In this document: piece by piece, positions 1 to 12,200 of the stretch
Numbering within the stretch: the stretch's first letter is position 1
Layout of the letters: every line of letters begins with the position of its first letter
From: Paramecium tetraurelia
Lineage: Eukaryota
Direction of reading: 5' to 3'
DNA: 50,430 nucleotides
Assembly: GCA_000165425.1 (NCBI GenBank)
Contig: CT868000.1
Coordinates: 124,001 to 174,430 of the forward strand
The notes under the pieces: generated by a model
The model's database searches: none
What the model saw: only the letters and a program-made list of their open reading frames with translations
Told to the model about the DNA's origin: nothing
Program-made: the position numbers and the translations under genes

Positions 1-445
1 AATTGTTTGAAACTCCTCCAGAACCACCCCAACAAGACCAGTAGATTATTTATCTAGAAGTATTATCATAATTCTATGTGTGAAGCCTATCCAGCCAGTG
101 CAAGTTTAAATGATTGATTTTAAACACAAGCAGCGATAATCAATTGTCAACTATCTCAACAATAAATTGCATGATTAAGAACCCCATCTAAATAAATATC
201 AGTTATCACTTACTAAAATAAGACAACAAAATAATCTCTCCAGTAGCCATTCCAGATTACTGCTAAAACCATTGAAAACCTAAAATTGTGAAGTTCTAAC
301 TCCACAAAGAAATTAACTGCATTCTATCATACACAAGGCTACCCCTCCACATCAATCCTCAAATTCGCCATATCTAAAATAACCCCCTTTAACTACAAGA
401 TCAAAATATTTATAAACTAGACTTTTCCTATCTGGCAGATATTGA
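1..445 (+). CDS. 3' part of a hypothetical protein (5' end outside the window)
   Basis: Open in the ciliate code: LFETPPEPPQQDQQIIYLE, 26-nt intron at 60-85 (gt..ag), then PIQPVQVQMIDFKHK...RLFLSGRY, ending TGA at 443-445. Confidence 0.6.
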
Positions 446-846
446 TTTTGTGAATAGTTTACACTATGTAAATTGCAAATATATGTTATAAGTTATAATT
501 TCGATATTTTTTTGAAACTAAAAGTTAATTATTACAAGCTAAATTCTAATAGAAAAATATTATATATATATCTAAACAACATATTATTATGAACTCTGTT
601 CTACACAAAATTTTAATAAAGAAGGTATTAATTTTTAATACTATAAAATTTATAGTACCTTTTTATGAATTTTTACTCTAATAATAATTATAATATAACA
701 TCTAAAGAAGATTTAATGATTCTCTAATATTATCTCAATATCAATCTTAAACTAGATTGAACAAACAAACTGTGGAATGAAATAAAAAGAAATTGATATT
801 GCATTTTAATGAATTTAAATTTAAAACGTTCATAAATATAATAATC

Positions 847-1566
847 TCAATTACCTTTTTCTTTAATTTTTTTATAAACATTGTCTTAGTATTTAATTTA
901 CTTTTTGATTTCTTTATACCTGTTACAAAGTAAAAACAAAATAAAGGTTAGGATTAATAAAAGTAGTACTAAAATGATGCCCAAAATAATAACAGCTTCA
1001 TAATCTGCCTTGTTGGTCTCATACTATGTTCATAACTCTAATTAGAGTACCTACAAATTCATTGAGAAATCTACCAAAATCCCTTCTTAAGAAGTAATAT
1101 ATCTATTATAAATTATAAATGCAGGAGTGATAAGTGTTTCAGGTTTTTAGATTATAACAGGGTATAGAAAATTGGAAATGGTTAGATTTTAGAAGCCATC
1201 GCATATGAGAAACGGCAATTAGGAATGATTCCCATTGATGTTTTGTTTGAGATGGGAAGTGACAATCTATTAGCATTGATATTCATCATCTTCAATAAAG
1301 ATATTTTCCTTAAGGCAATCCTAGTAGTTTAATTTTAAAACAGCCACACAATGATACTCGTAAGAGGAGGAATCTGGAATGTAAAGTAATGTGTAAGGGT
1401 GATTGGCTGATATGCTAAGATTGAAGTTGAGGTTCCCGAATTAATAGTTTGTTGTGAATTGCTTAATGATGGACAGATGAACGACTGCTTGTTCTTGTTT
1501 TTTAATCGAATATGACTGTGATATAAGAGTAGCGTGAGCCACACAAAATAACAAATAAATAATCAT
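847..1566 (-). CDS. Hypothetical type I membrane protein (signal peptide and C-terminal TM helix)
   Basis: Hydrophobic N-terminus MIIYLLFCVAHA. One 27-nt intron (~1025-1051) removes an in-frame TGA. TM segment AVIILGIILVLLLLILTFILFLL is followed by a basic tail and TGA. Confidence 0.7.
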
Positions 1567-1624
1567 TTTATAATAATGAATAAAAGTATGAGTTATTATT
1601 ATTTATAATATTAAATAACTGATA

Positions 1625-2209
1625 ATGTTTAGCAAGAATAGACAGGAATAGTTGAGAACATTCATGGCAGAAAATCAGGATCCGATGATTTTGACAAGCA
1701 TGCTTCAATAGTTGAATTATTGTGTGGACAGATGCTCATAGGAGTTGGCTTAGGGAAACAATGAGATAAAGAATGTGTAGGTGGATAAGAAGTTGAAGAG
1801 CGAAAGGACAAAAAGGGCTGTTAGTTAGGACAATACGTGTTACAATCCTCTGTGGTTGATAAATAAGGACAAGAGAAGAATTGTTGAGCGACATAATTAA
1901 GAATTTAATACATTTTTACCTTAAGTAAGTAGATTGATTTGAATTTGAGAGTTTGTTTGGACTGAAAAGGACAAGGAACAAGAGTAGCCAAATCAAAGAT
2001 TGAAACCTTTGGCTCCAATAAAGGGCACCATCAACAGGCCAAGGATACTGTTGCCGAAAGAGATACGCAAAAACCCATTGAATCAAAGGAAAAGAATTTA
2101 CGAAAGTTTGATTTATAAAGAAGGTCTATGCAATTTGATAAATAAGGGATTAATTGACAAACACATCGATGTGAGTCCAGCTTTCGAGTTTAGTTTGATG
2201 CTAATGTGA
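1625..2209 (+). CDS. Hypothetical protein; C-terminal segment weakly resembles the IQCH-family N-terminal region
   Basis: MFSKNRQEQLRTFM... with one ~21-nt intron near 1929-1949, ending ...GLCNLINKGLIDKHIDVSPAFEFSLMLM TGA. The family resemblance is from memory only. Confidence 0.55.
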
Positions 2210-2236
2210 TAAAACGGATATGCATTATTAATTTTA

Positions 2237-3363
2237 ATGAAAATAGTATTATTGCTATGCATGATGATGGCTGTCTCTTTGGGAATTTCATCTAAATTAA
2301 GTCATGCTAAGAAGTTGGAAGAACTTCGCGGTAGCAAACTGGGCAAGACTATTTTAAATTTAGTGAATCTTCATTCTTCAGTAGAGGGACCCATTTCTGA
2401 ACTGATAGAAGCAATAGAGGAGTTAGTAAGATTAACAATAATAATAGATAGCTGACATCAACACCAATATTGATGAAGTGGAATACAAATTTTAAGTACG
2501 CACAAATGAGCATAATTCCTATGTGGCTCAGGTTGGACAACAATTGCAAGATGCTGAATAAGACATTGCAAGAATGATAGATGTCATTGATAACCTATTG
2601 ATTCCAAGAAGAGATCAAATAAGAAATAAAATAGAATCCCTCATTTAATATGATGAGTTTAATAGAAAAAACGTAGATGAAACTACACTCCTCAGAGAAT
2701 AGGAACATGAAGCATACCTCTAATAAATAGAGGAAGACAACGATGCACTTGATGCTATTGACGATGCAATCAATTTGGTAAGTTCTTTATCAAATCCATC
2801 CTTATTACAAATTAAGAATATCAAATTTACATTGAAAAGATTGTCATCCAAATAATGGAATCGTGTTCATCAAGGACCTACCCATGGTACAAGCTTTACT
2901 TTAGATTGCATTAAACTAAAATTTTAGTGACTAAGGAATATTGAAACAGATCGTTGATGCATTAAATGAATTCAGAAATCAAGTTGTCGAAGCTATGAAT
3001 GCATTAACTAAACAAGAGTAAGTTAATATTCAAGAGTTTGAAGAAAGATTAGAACAGCTGGATGATGAACATCGAGAATTCCAAAGATAAATCAATCAAG
3101 CTCAAGTTGAGTTGGATGCTACTGATCGTATTTTTATTTCACTATTTTATATAGAAAAACTAGAAGATTGCAATCAATTCCTTGTTCAGAGATAGGCTGA
3201 CAGATTATAATACTAATCCTAATTGGATCTAGAAAATGAAACCTATGCTGTTGACACTGACATTTATACTCAAACTGCTAATGAACTCCAAAGGGAATTG
3301 CCTATTGCAGAATAAGGATTATCGCTAATAAAATCAGCCGATTTTTCTGATATTAAGATATGA
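2237..3363 (+). CDS. Trichocyst matrix protein (TMP/GRL family) precursor with an apparent +1 frameshift at ~2880
   Basis: Signal peptide, SKLGKTIL motif, acidic coiled coils, central SLLQ plus basic linker, second half MVQALLQIALNQNFSDQG. Introns at ~2426-2447 and ~3128-3154; TGA at 3361-3363. Confidence 0.85.
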
Positions 3364-3391
3364 ATCATAATAAATAATTATTTATTTAATA

Positions 3392-5278
3392 ATGAAAAGC
3401 AAAATAAAAAAATAACCACCTTAATATGCCCTCAAATTAACAAAATTAAATTAACCTCTTGATTCCAAAAATCTCAAAGTACTCAATCTATAAGGATTAT
3501 AATTATAACAAATCGATATCAAAGTGGACAATCTACTAACTCTTATTTTAGATAGTAACAATCTTAAGAATGTAGACATCATTTCTCAATTTCCCAATTT
3601 AAACACTTTGTCAATAGCTCATAATCAAATAGAAGAATTCGATGTCCCCTCAAGTATTTTACTCAATATTATAAAGCTCTTAGGATATTAAATATATCTA
3701 ATAATCTCTTAAAGACTATCCATCTAAGATAATTATAACAGCTGGATGCCAGTTCCAATTAATTATAAATCCTTAAATAAGATTAATAAAACAATCTCGT
3801 ATAGTTTAAAATAGATTGGTTAAAAATAATAAATTAAAATGATGTCTGGGAACATTTAACAATTAAATAATTTGCAAATTAATAATAAATTACATTCCAA
3901 TAATTTTTAGACAAAGCAATCGATTTACTAATACAATATGGGTTTAAAAAAGAGAATAATTGTTTCAATTAATAGATTATACACACTTCCATACTCTAAA
4001 ATGATAAATATTATTTTGATTTAATCTTACCCTATTACAAAGATAATCGGCATCTTTTTGATAATTCTGAAACTCCTTTGAGTTTGGCAATCAAAAAACT
4101 AAAAATGAACTTTATCGGAGATCTCATGAGTAGCATACCTATCAAATACGAAATCGATGCATTTCATGAATCCATTAAATAAGGACAAGTATCTCTAGTA
4201 AAGCAATTTCTAGAGTTGGGAATCGATTGTAATGGTTATAGTTAAAAGGGGTTGACTCCCCTAACCAATGCAGTCTTGAACATTACCTAAATGAATATGG
4301 AAATGATCATTCATCTGCTCCTTTAAAGTTAAGCTAATCCAAACAAATTAAATTAAAATGGATAATCATTAATCTAAATGTGCATTATTAAATCCAATCT
4401 TACTGCACTAAGATTCATTGCAAATCTAAATAAAAAAAAACAAACTAGGTTGAAGTTTAAAATGAACATTAAAAATACTAACGGAGATTATCCTTTGCAT
4501 TTAGCTGTGAATAGTGTCAGCATCCTCTAGTTTCTGCTCAATAATTAAATTGGAAATCCTCTGTAAGTTAATTATTAGAATCTAACAGCCAAACAAATGC
4601 CATTCTCTTAGAATAGACCCCTTGTGTATAAATTGCTCCAAAAAGAAGAGAGAGTTTAAGTAGCAAAGTAGTTAGCTAAAAATGATATTACATTTCGAGT
4701 GTTGAACAAGTGTTAAAACACCTAAAAGGATTATAGTAGTGACAGTTCTTGTCCTGAGTTATCTGATGATGAAATGCCCAATAAACCAAAAATTAATAGA
4801 AAATATCTCACTGAAATTGATTAATTAAGTGAAGATATCAGACAGCTATCCGAAGATGAAGAGTGTTAACATAATTGCAGTTCTGAATCAGAAATATAGT
4901 ACCCAAAAGATAATTTAAAGTCCCTCAAATTAGTTCAATTAAACTACTAAAATTATCAACTATATAAACTCAATTCACATGTTAGATAGAGCAGTATATT
5001 AATTAATAAAATCAATAAGAAAAGATTAAATGCAGATTAGTTTAATTATTATTCGAGGCAAGGGTAAAACTTTAAAGAAAAAACAACTTCCTTAGTTTGT
5101 CTAAGACAAGAACTACTCTTTTTGGGATAGATAAGATAATACTAAGATCTAATTTGTTCTGATTTTGGCTTCATACATCAATAAACTCAGTCAGGCTATA
5201 CTCAACTTAGAGTCGGAGTTTCAAAAGGATTTGCTTAAAGATTATATGAATTTTTAATAAGTTTAATTTTTAATATGA
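3392..5278 (+). CDS. Leucine-rich repeat plus ankyrin repeat protein
   Basis: LRRs: LKVLNLQGLQL, LLTLILDSNNL, LNTLSIAHNQI, LRILNISNNLL. Ankyrin motifs: ETPLSLAI, GLTPLTNAV, GDYPLHLAV. The 3' end depends on inferred introns at 4994-5019 and 5064-5095. Confidence 0.75.
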
Positions 5279-5310
5279 GTTACTTTAGTGATATCAATAT
5301 TAATTATTTT

Positions 5311-5688
5311 ATGTAGAGTATTTAAGAGTCAATTATTGATAAATACCCTGATAGAGTGTATGATTACTACAAATAATTCTTAGCCCAATTTTAGTTGAAA
5401 CAATAGATAAATCTAAACTTCGATTTTCGGATGGATCAAAATTCAAAAAGTATTTGGTTGAGAAATCAGATCACTTTTATCACTTTTTTTTAATACTAAG
5501 AAACACTTTAAAATTGTCAAAGTAAGAATCCATCTATTTATTTGTGAACAATACGGGATTGATCAAACCAGGTAATTAAATTTTCATATTCAGAAAGTTA
5601 AGTTGGAGAAGTCTATTCAAAATATCGTAGCAAAGATGGGTTTTTAAGAATCATCTTAAGTGAATATGCTACATTTGGAAATTGTTGA
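5311..5688 (+). CDS. ATG8: Autophagy protein ATG8/GABARAP-like
   Basis: IIDKYPDRVPILVE...KKYLV...ESIYLFVN...VGEVYSKYRSKDGFLRIILSEYATFG-NC, with the conserved C-terminal TFG glycine. Introns at 5358-5383 and ~5572-5593. An alternative in-frame ATG lies at 5275. Confidence 0.9.
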
Positions 5689-5949
5689 GGATCGATTATT
5701 TATTTCTAAATAATTTTTATTATTGTTTTAAAAATTATATAAATTCAGAGAAAATGTTAAATTCTATTTTCAATGAATTCAAATTATACTCCCCTATCCT
5801 TACAGTAAATTATTTTAGTCAATACCATTTACTTTTAGAATGAATTTTTTATTCTCTAAATTTCCAATATCAGAAATATTTTACGATCCTAATCATTGTG
5901 AATAAAAATAGAGAAATATTTGTTTTTAAAAAATATAAAATCAAAAGGA

Positions 5950-6455
5950 AATACTTATAAATTAATTTGATCAGAACATTAAATTGTAAAATGCTTTCTT
6001 GATTTTATTTTTATCATTTTTATTATCTATTACTTCTTAATCTTTTAAGGTGTTAATTCTCATTATGAATACTGTTTTTCAAATCTTTTGAATAACTGGC
6101 TTCATTTCACCTTTTATATGTTGGAATATATCATGTAATATCATTTTTATTTTTTAATTATTGTTAATCCACCAATTAGGTCTATTCGTTCTTCGCTTTT
6201 TTTCATAATAAATTAATAACAATAAAAAGCAACCTTAAGAATGATGATATTGCAATAAATATCCATGATGTATCAATTAGTAAAATCCACTCTACTTAAT
6301 ATAATATTCGGAGTATGAAGAATGCTAAAATAATTTATAGCAAAAATCTCTAGAGGAATAAGGTTAGACACTGGAATAAAAGTAAAATTGAGATGAATCA
6401 ACGAATATCTTAATACTGCTAGATGAGATCAATTATAATGATATTTTTATACATA
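5950..6455 (-). pseudogene. Possible decayed remnant of a membrane-protein gene
   Basis: Minus-strand frame from an ATG near 6455 gives hydrophobic stretches (FISILLLFQCLTLFL, WIFIAISSFLRLLFIVINLL) interrupted by several TGA codons. Confidence 0.25.
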
Positions 6456-6489
6456 TTTATACGATATTATATTTGTTGATTTAGTAATA

Positions 6490-9198
6490 ATGGAAAACTA
6501 ACATCCATTCATCGTACTTCTTCTGGGAGACTGCAATACAGGGAAATCAACAATAGTGGGGAGATATTTGGAGAACAAATTAGTTGAACCATAACCAACA
6601 GTTGGAATAGTAAAGCGAGAGAGTCAAATAGAAATTGGTAACAGCAATTAGAAAGCTTAAGTATTTTTGTTAGTTATTTAGATATACGACACATCTGGGA
6701 ATGAAAAATTTAGAGCCTAAGTTTTGGCTGAATTTAAGAATTCATCAGCTGTGGTATTGGTTTATGATATAACTGATTATCAAAGCTTTTAAAATGTGCA
6801 GACGTTACAGAAAGGTATTGAGTAGATTGATTCTGATTTAGAGGTGGCAAGATCGAATCCAAATATTGATTATTGGATAGTTGTGGGAAACAAGTTGGAT
6901 TTGAAGGAGCAAAGAAAAGTTCATATGGATGAAGGAAAGAAGTTTGCATCAGCGATTGGGGCTAGATTTATGGAATGCTCAGCTTAACAACCGAGCAATA
7001 TCAATTTGATATTCTTGACGATTCAACAATGGACTTAGATTAATATTTAACCGAAATATGTCCCAGAGCAAACTCAAAGACTTTTGGAGAAATTGAATAA
7101 TGATGAGCAACAAAAGCAACTGTAGACTTCTACCTCGAAAAACAATTAAACAAAATTCAAAAATAAGAATACGAGTTTCTCTTTGATATAGAATAATACT
7201 AATAATGTAGTTTCGTCATCATTTGATGATTAATAAAATTCATTTAATGGAGATAGCATGTAAGATTATTTTGCATAATTATTAAAAAAAGCAGATTTGT
7301 AGACTTAAAAAGTAAATTAATGATATTATAAAGTTAGCAGATGTGATTGTAGAGGAAGCATAAGAAAATATAATTCAATCGTTGAAATAACAAACATTGA
7401 CAATTTCAAATTCGAAACCACTATATCTTCTCGAAGACGCTAGTTCTCAATTGTAAGAGAAAGCTGAAGACAAAATATCTATGATGAAAAAGAAACATAA
7501 ATAATTAGATAAGTTGAGGAAAGAGATAGCCTAAAACTTGTTACTTGTTCAGGAACAAAGGAAGAAGCTTACAACTGATTAAGTTATTGAGAATACTTAA
7601 ACTTAAAAGTTGGAGAGAGAGTTATAAAAAAGATTGTTGAGTGTTGAAAGAAATATGGATTTCTTGAAAACTGATATCATTTTATCCTAAAAATCACAGA
7701 AGTTTTGCACTAATAAAAATCATTTTCTATCAAGTGACTAAACTCAAATTCTCAAATAACACATTAATTAAATTCAAAATCCAGAACACATAAAGGAGTA
7801 GAATGAACAGATTGCTAAGATTAAAATTGAAAGAAAGAAATTAGAAGAGTCAAGAAACAATAGATATAAACAATATGTCGATAATATAGAATCTCTCTTA
7901 AAATAGGAAAAGGAAAGTAGATAAAAGAATGAATAGGATTTAATCCTTAAGAGAAAAGAAAAGGCTATGTAAAAGATAGCTTCAATGGATAAAATACGAT
8001 AAGAGCGATCTTAATAAATGGCTAAGCAAAATGAATAAATTAAATAAATTATTGGAACAACACCATTACATGTTAAATTAGAAAATGTATTCTAAGAGAA
8101 GAATAATAATTCGTAATTAGAGGAGCACAAATTAAAATTGAAATAAATTAGAGATCTGCATTAACCAGTTAGAATGAATGATTTAAAGGTATGGGAAGAA
8201 AATTATGAAAAAAGGAGGAAATCTTAAGAAGATATAAGAAATTAAAAAATTCTCAAAAACAATCAATTATCATATCATGCATCTTATGAATCCTCTGCTT
8301 ATAAATAAGTAAAAGAAGAATAATCTAAATATTTAAAAGAAAAGGAATAAACACTCAAGGAGTAGTAATCAAAGCAATAAGTTAAATAGGAATTCATAAG
8401 TAAGCTAAAGGATTATCTCCCTTCTATTAGCCCAGAGAAATAATAGGAGTTAGAGCAGATTATTAATAAGGCACATCACAAAATAAACTTTTATGAATTC
8501 ATTGAAATGACTAAAAAAGTAAAGTTAAAAGGAGTGTTTTTCGACAAGGAGGGGAAAATCCTAGAAAGAAGTGTTGATGTAAAATTCTTATATACATAAG
8601 ATAGGAAGAATACTATGAGAAAATAAAGGAGAATGAAAAGAATGAAGAATAAAATGCTAAGGTAATTGGAAATAAGTATCTAAACGATATGAGAAGGATT
8701 GTCAAAAAACCTAGTTAACATCAAAGTGTTGATAAGCTCCAATCTTAATCAAATCCAGAATAAGGGTATTAATAGGCAGTGAGAAATCCAAAGCAAAATA
8801 AATTGAATGAAATCAAATCTCATTGGAAATTAAAGCCCAAATTGACTTTTGAAGAGACTGATCTTGAAAAGATCATAGATGGAAATGAGGGTATGTATTT
8901 AAAATATTGGAGTCACTGGATTCTCAAATCATCATGTCATGCAAGAGGCAAATAAACTAGCATCTGAAGCGGTCAGAAAAATGCAGATTATAGAAGCAAA
9001 GGGGAAAGGAAAAGAGAGCTTTAAAGATATTGAATCAGCAGATAAGTTGCTAATCAATTCCATCAAGGTTGATGTTTGATAACATTCATTTAGGCTAAAC
9101 TTACTCTAATGGAAAAGGAACTCAAGTCTGAGAATCGAGGATAAGAGACATCTACTAACCAGCAACGGGGAAGAAGTAATACTAAATAGCATGTATGA
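6490..9198 (+). CDS. Rab-like small GTPase domain followed by a long coiled-coil region
   Basis: G1 GDCNTGKS, G2 PTVG, G3 DTSGNE, G4 NKLD, G5 SAQ. The frame continues through tiny introns (6661-6681, ~6815-6841, 7312-7333, ~8579-8600, ~8891-8912, ~9068-9093) into an E/K/Q-rich tail; TGA at 9196-9198. Confidence 0.75.
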
Positions 9199-9213
9199 AA
9201 CCATTTTTCATAT

Positions 9214-12200
9214 TCATTAAAACTCATTAAAATTTTACTCCTCATCACATTGCAGCTCTTATGCTTATCGATTTTCCATTTGCATTTAATCATATGTCTA
9301 TATCAACTATTTAATTTAATAACTTTTCTCAGTTTCAAAGTTTAAACAAATCTTCTTATTGATTTGAATGCCATAATTGTTAGTCAAGGGATTGAAAATA
9401 TAAATTCCCAAATTCTTTTGTAATGAACTAATCTACTCAATTTCTTCATAATCAAGTTCAAGGATTTCAAGTTGGGAATTAAGTTGTTTGAGAAATGTGA
9501 TGCATTTATAGTTTATACACAAATAAAATGATGACCATGTACGACAATCATCAATAGTATAAGAGGATGAAAATTTATTTTGTTTTTTCTTTTCTTCCCA
9601 ATAGTGTTTGCTTAATTCATACAAATACATTAGGGTCTCTTTATCACTTTGAACTTTAAAATTAGTGACACCAAAAAATTTAGTGGATTTCAGAATATCC
9701 AAAAAGATTAACATGGCATAATGAGCTTCAGTCTTAAGAACGGTCAGATTGTCTGAAATGTCTGACTCTGTAATTTGATTGTTTGGTTCTTCGTGATTTG
9801 TATTTTTTTCGGTATCTTAATTCTATTTTGATTTTTGTTTCTCTTTCTTTTAATCATCCGCATATTCACTCATAACCAAAGTGTAGAAATTATCAAATAT
9901 AGTTGGTAAGAAGTTCACCCAAGTGTCTTATTGGATATATTTAAATATTTAATGAGGAATCAGCTATGAGAATAATTAAAATTAATAGTTACTTTTTTAA
10001 CTTCATTAAATGGGATATTGTTTTTATCTATCTTTTTGAATTTATTTAAAATCAGATATAATGCTGCACAAATCACATGATTCTTCGATTCCAATATCAA
10101 TCTCTAATTGGTAATATCATCAAATAATTAATAACTAACTAAAGTCAATCTGACCAAATCACACTTACAGAATTCAGTCTCTTCTTCGCAGTTTACATAC
10201 AGGTATTTTCGCAATTATAACAATTTCTAATTATATTGAGGTTAATTTTAAGCCTTTTTAAACAGTCCCTTAGTTTCATCTGTTCTGATCAATAAATTCC
10301 ATAATTTTTCATCCTTATCTAATGGTTTCAACATCTGATCATCAAGGAGATACAACTTAAAATCGTATGAATATTAAAGTTAGATATCAGCTGCTACTTC
10401 ATCTCTTAATTACTCAGCATCTGTTTCTCTGCAAATTTGGTATTCCTATTCGATGGGCTTGAAATTTTGGAATATTAAAACTTTGATCTTAACTAATTAT
10501 AGATTTCCCTCTCCTTAAACGATCATTGATCCCTGTCTTGAATTACACCTAGTATCCGCAGCAAGTAATTAAGAAGCAGATACCTTACGACTATTTATCA
10601 TACTGGAGGCTCTTAAGCCTTTGATGTTTTGCTTTTATTCTTAGGGTAATTCTGAAATTTCAGATTGCTATTACACCTCATTCTTAGTGGCAGTCTATTG
10701 CATCTATCTAACCAAATCACCCATCGGCTTAACAGGGCCTCTTGGAGTACTCACTTAGGTTTAGATGGTATTAACATTCGATTAATCAAACTTTCTGAAA
10801 CTTGCTTATTTGAAGCTATTCTCAATGAGTGTAGTTAATGGTTTTTTGATTCCTCTGAAGTTTAAGACAGATAGATTAGCAGATTCTCTTTCTTTTTCTT
10901 CTTTTAGTTTTCTTAAGAGACTGTAAAAGTTCTCATGGAGGCCGAGTTAATTGAGTATTTATTTCTAATACTGATTGTCTGTTTTAAAGTCTTTAGAATT
11001 GAGTAGTAATAATAAGAATTCAGTCATTAAGAGTTTTCTTCTCTAAACTTAATAATAAAATTAGTTACATCAACGACAAGGGCTTCATTTCTATCAAAGT
11101 AGTTATTTTCCTTGATTTCTGGTATTTTGATATTGGGAAACTTGGACTTGGCAAATTCCATGGTTGTTTTGAATTAACTAAATCTCAGATAAATTTGTTG
11201 GGTGATGATATTATTGATCACAATTTCAAAGACATATCTCGTAAACTTTTTGTTGGAATTATCAAGTAATTCTTGAGTTCCCTAGATTTAAACAGTGACA
11301 ACAAAATTCTACTGAGCATTCTATTCCTCCTAAGGCAGATTAGCTGGTTTGATTTCTTAAATTAATTTGTTTCTTCTGTCTTTCTTATCTTAGAGTTGTT
11401 GTATGATTTCATTGACAAACTCTATTTGTTCTTTTAAGTCTTTTTCAGAATCTTGACTCTAAACAACAAAGGTTACATGGTTATCTGATCCATTAATTTA
11501 ATACAAGAATTTGTAGTTATACATTTCAGCCATTTTATTACATTGACTTAGATGGTTTAGAGTAATGTAGGTTCTAAATACTTGACCCTATTTGATTTGA
11601 TCTCTTTCAGTGATTAAGATTAGATCGGAGAAAAAGTAGACGATGACAGGCCGAACTTCACTTTCAATTGTGAAGTACATTTAAAGGGATTCTTCTTTTA
11701 AGAATTATCTGTTCAGTTCCAAGATCTTGACGTGTTTGCCATATTGTTGTTGCAATTCAAAAATTTATTGTTTTGATAACAAATTATCCATGGCTTTGTT
11801 ATTTTGGTTGGCAACTGCTTCGAATTCTTGGAGAATCTTTTGGAATTTGGGGTAGTCTACATTTTCTTGGTTTAGATTTTTGAGGTAATCCTTAAATAGG
11901 AGAACATACTTTGGGATTCTTTAGACTGGCAAAATTAAGTAATAGTTTTCTAAAGTCTTACCAAGATTTTTCTTATCTGCTTAATCTAGAAATGATTTAT
12001 ACTGTTTATTGTTGTGTCTGAGATTGGTTTGTAATTTAATGGCATTTGCGTAATTAATTAAATAATCTTGGTATATTTTAAAGAAGTTGGCATGTGAGAG
12101 CAGCTGTTTGATGGCATTCTGATATTCTTGGTGGTAGTCTTTTTGGAGGTCTTTGAAGAGGATGAGTGTTTCTTGTGATAGCAGGTAGATGGATTGAATA

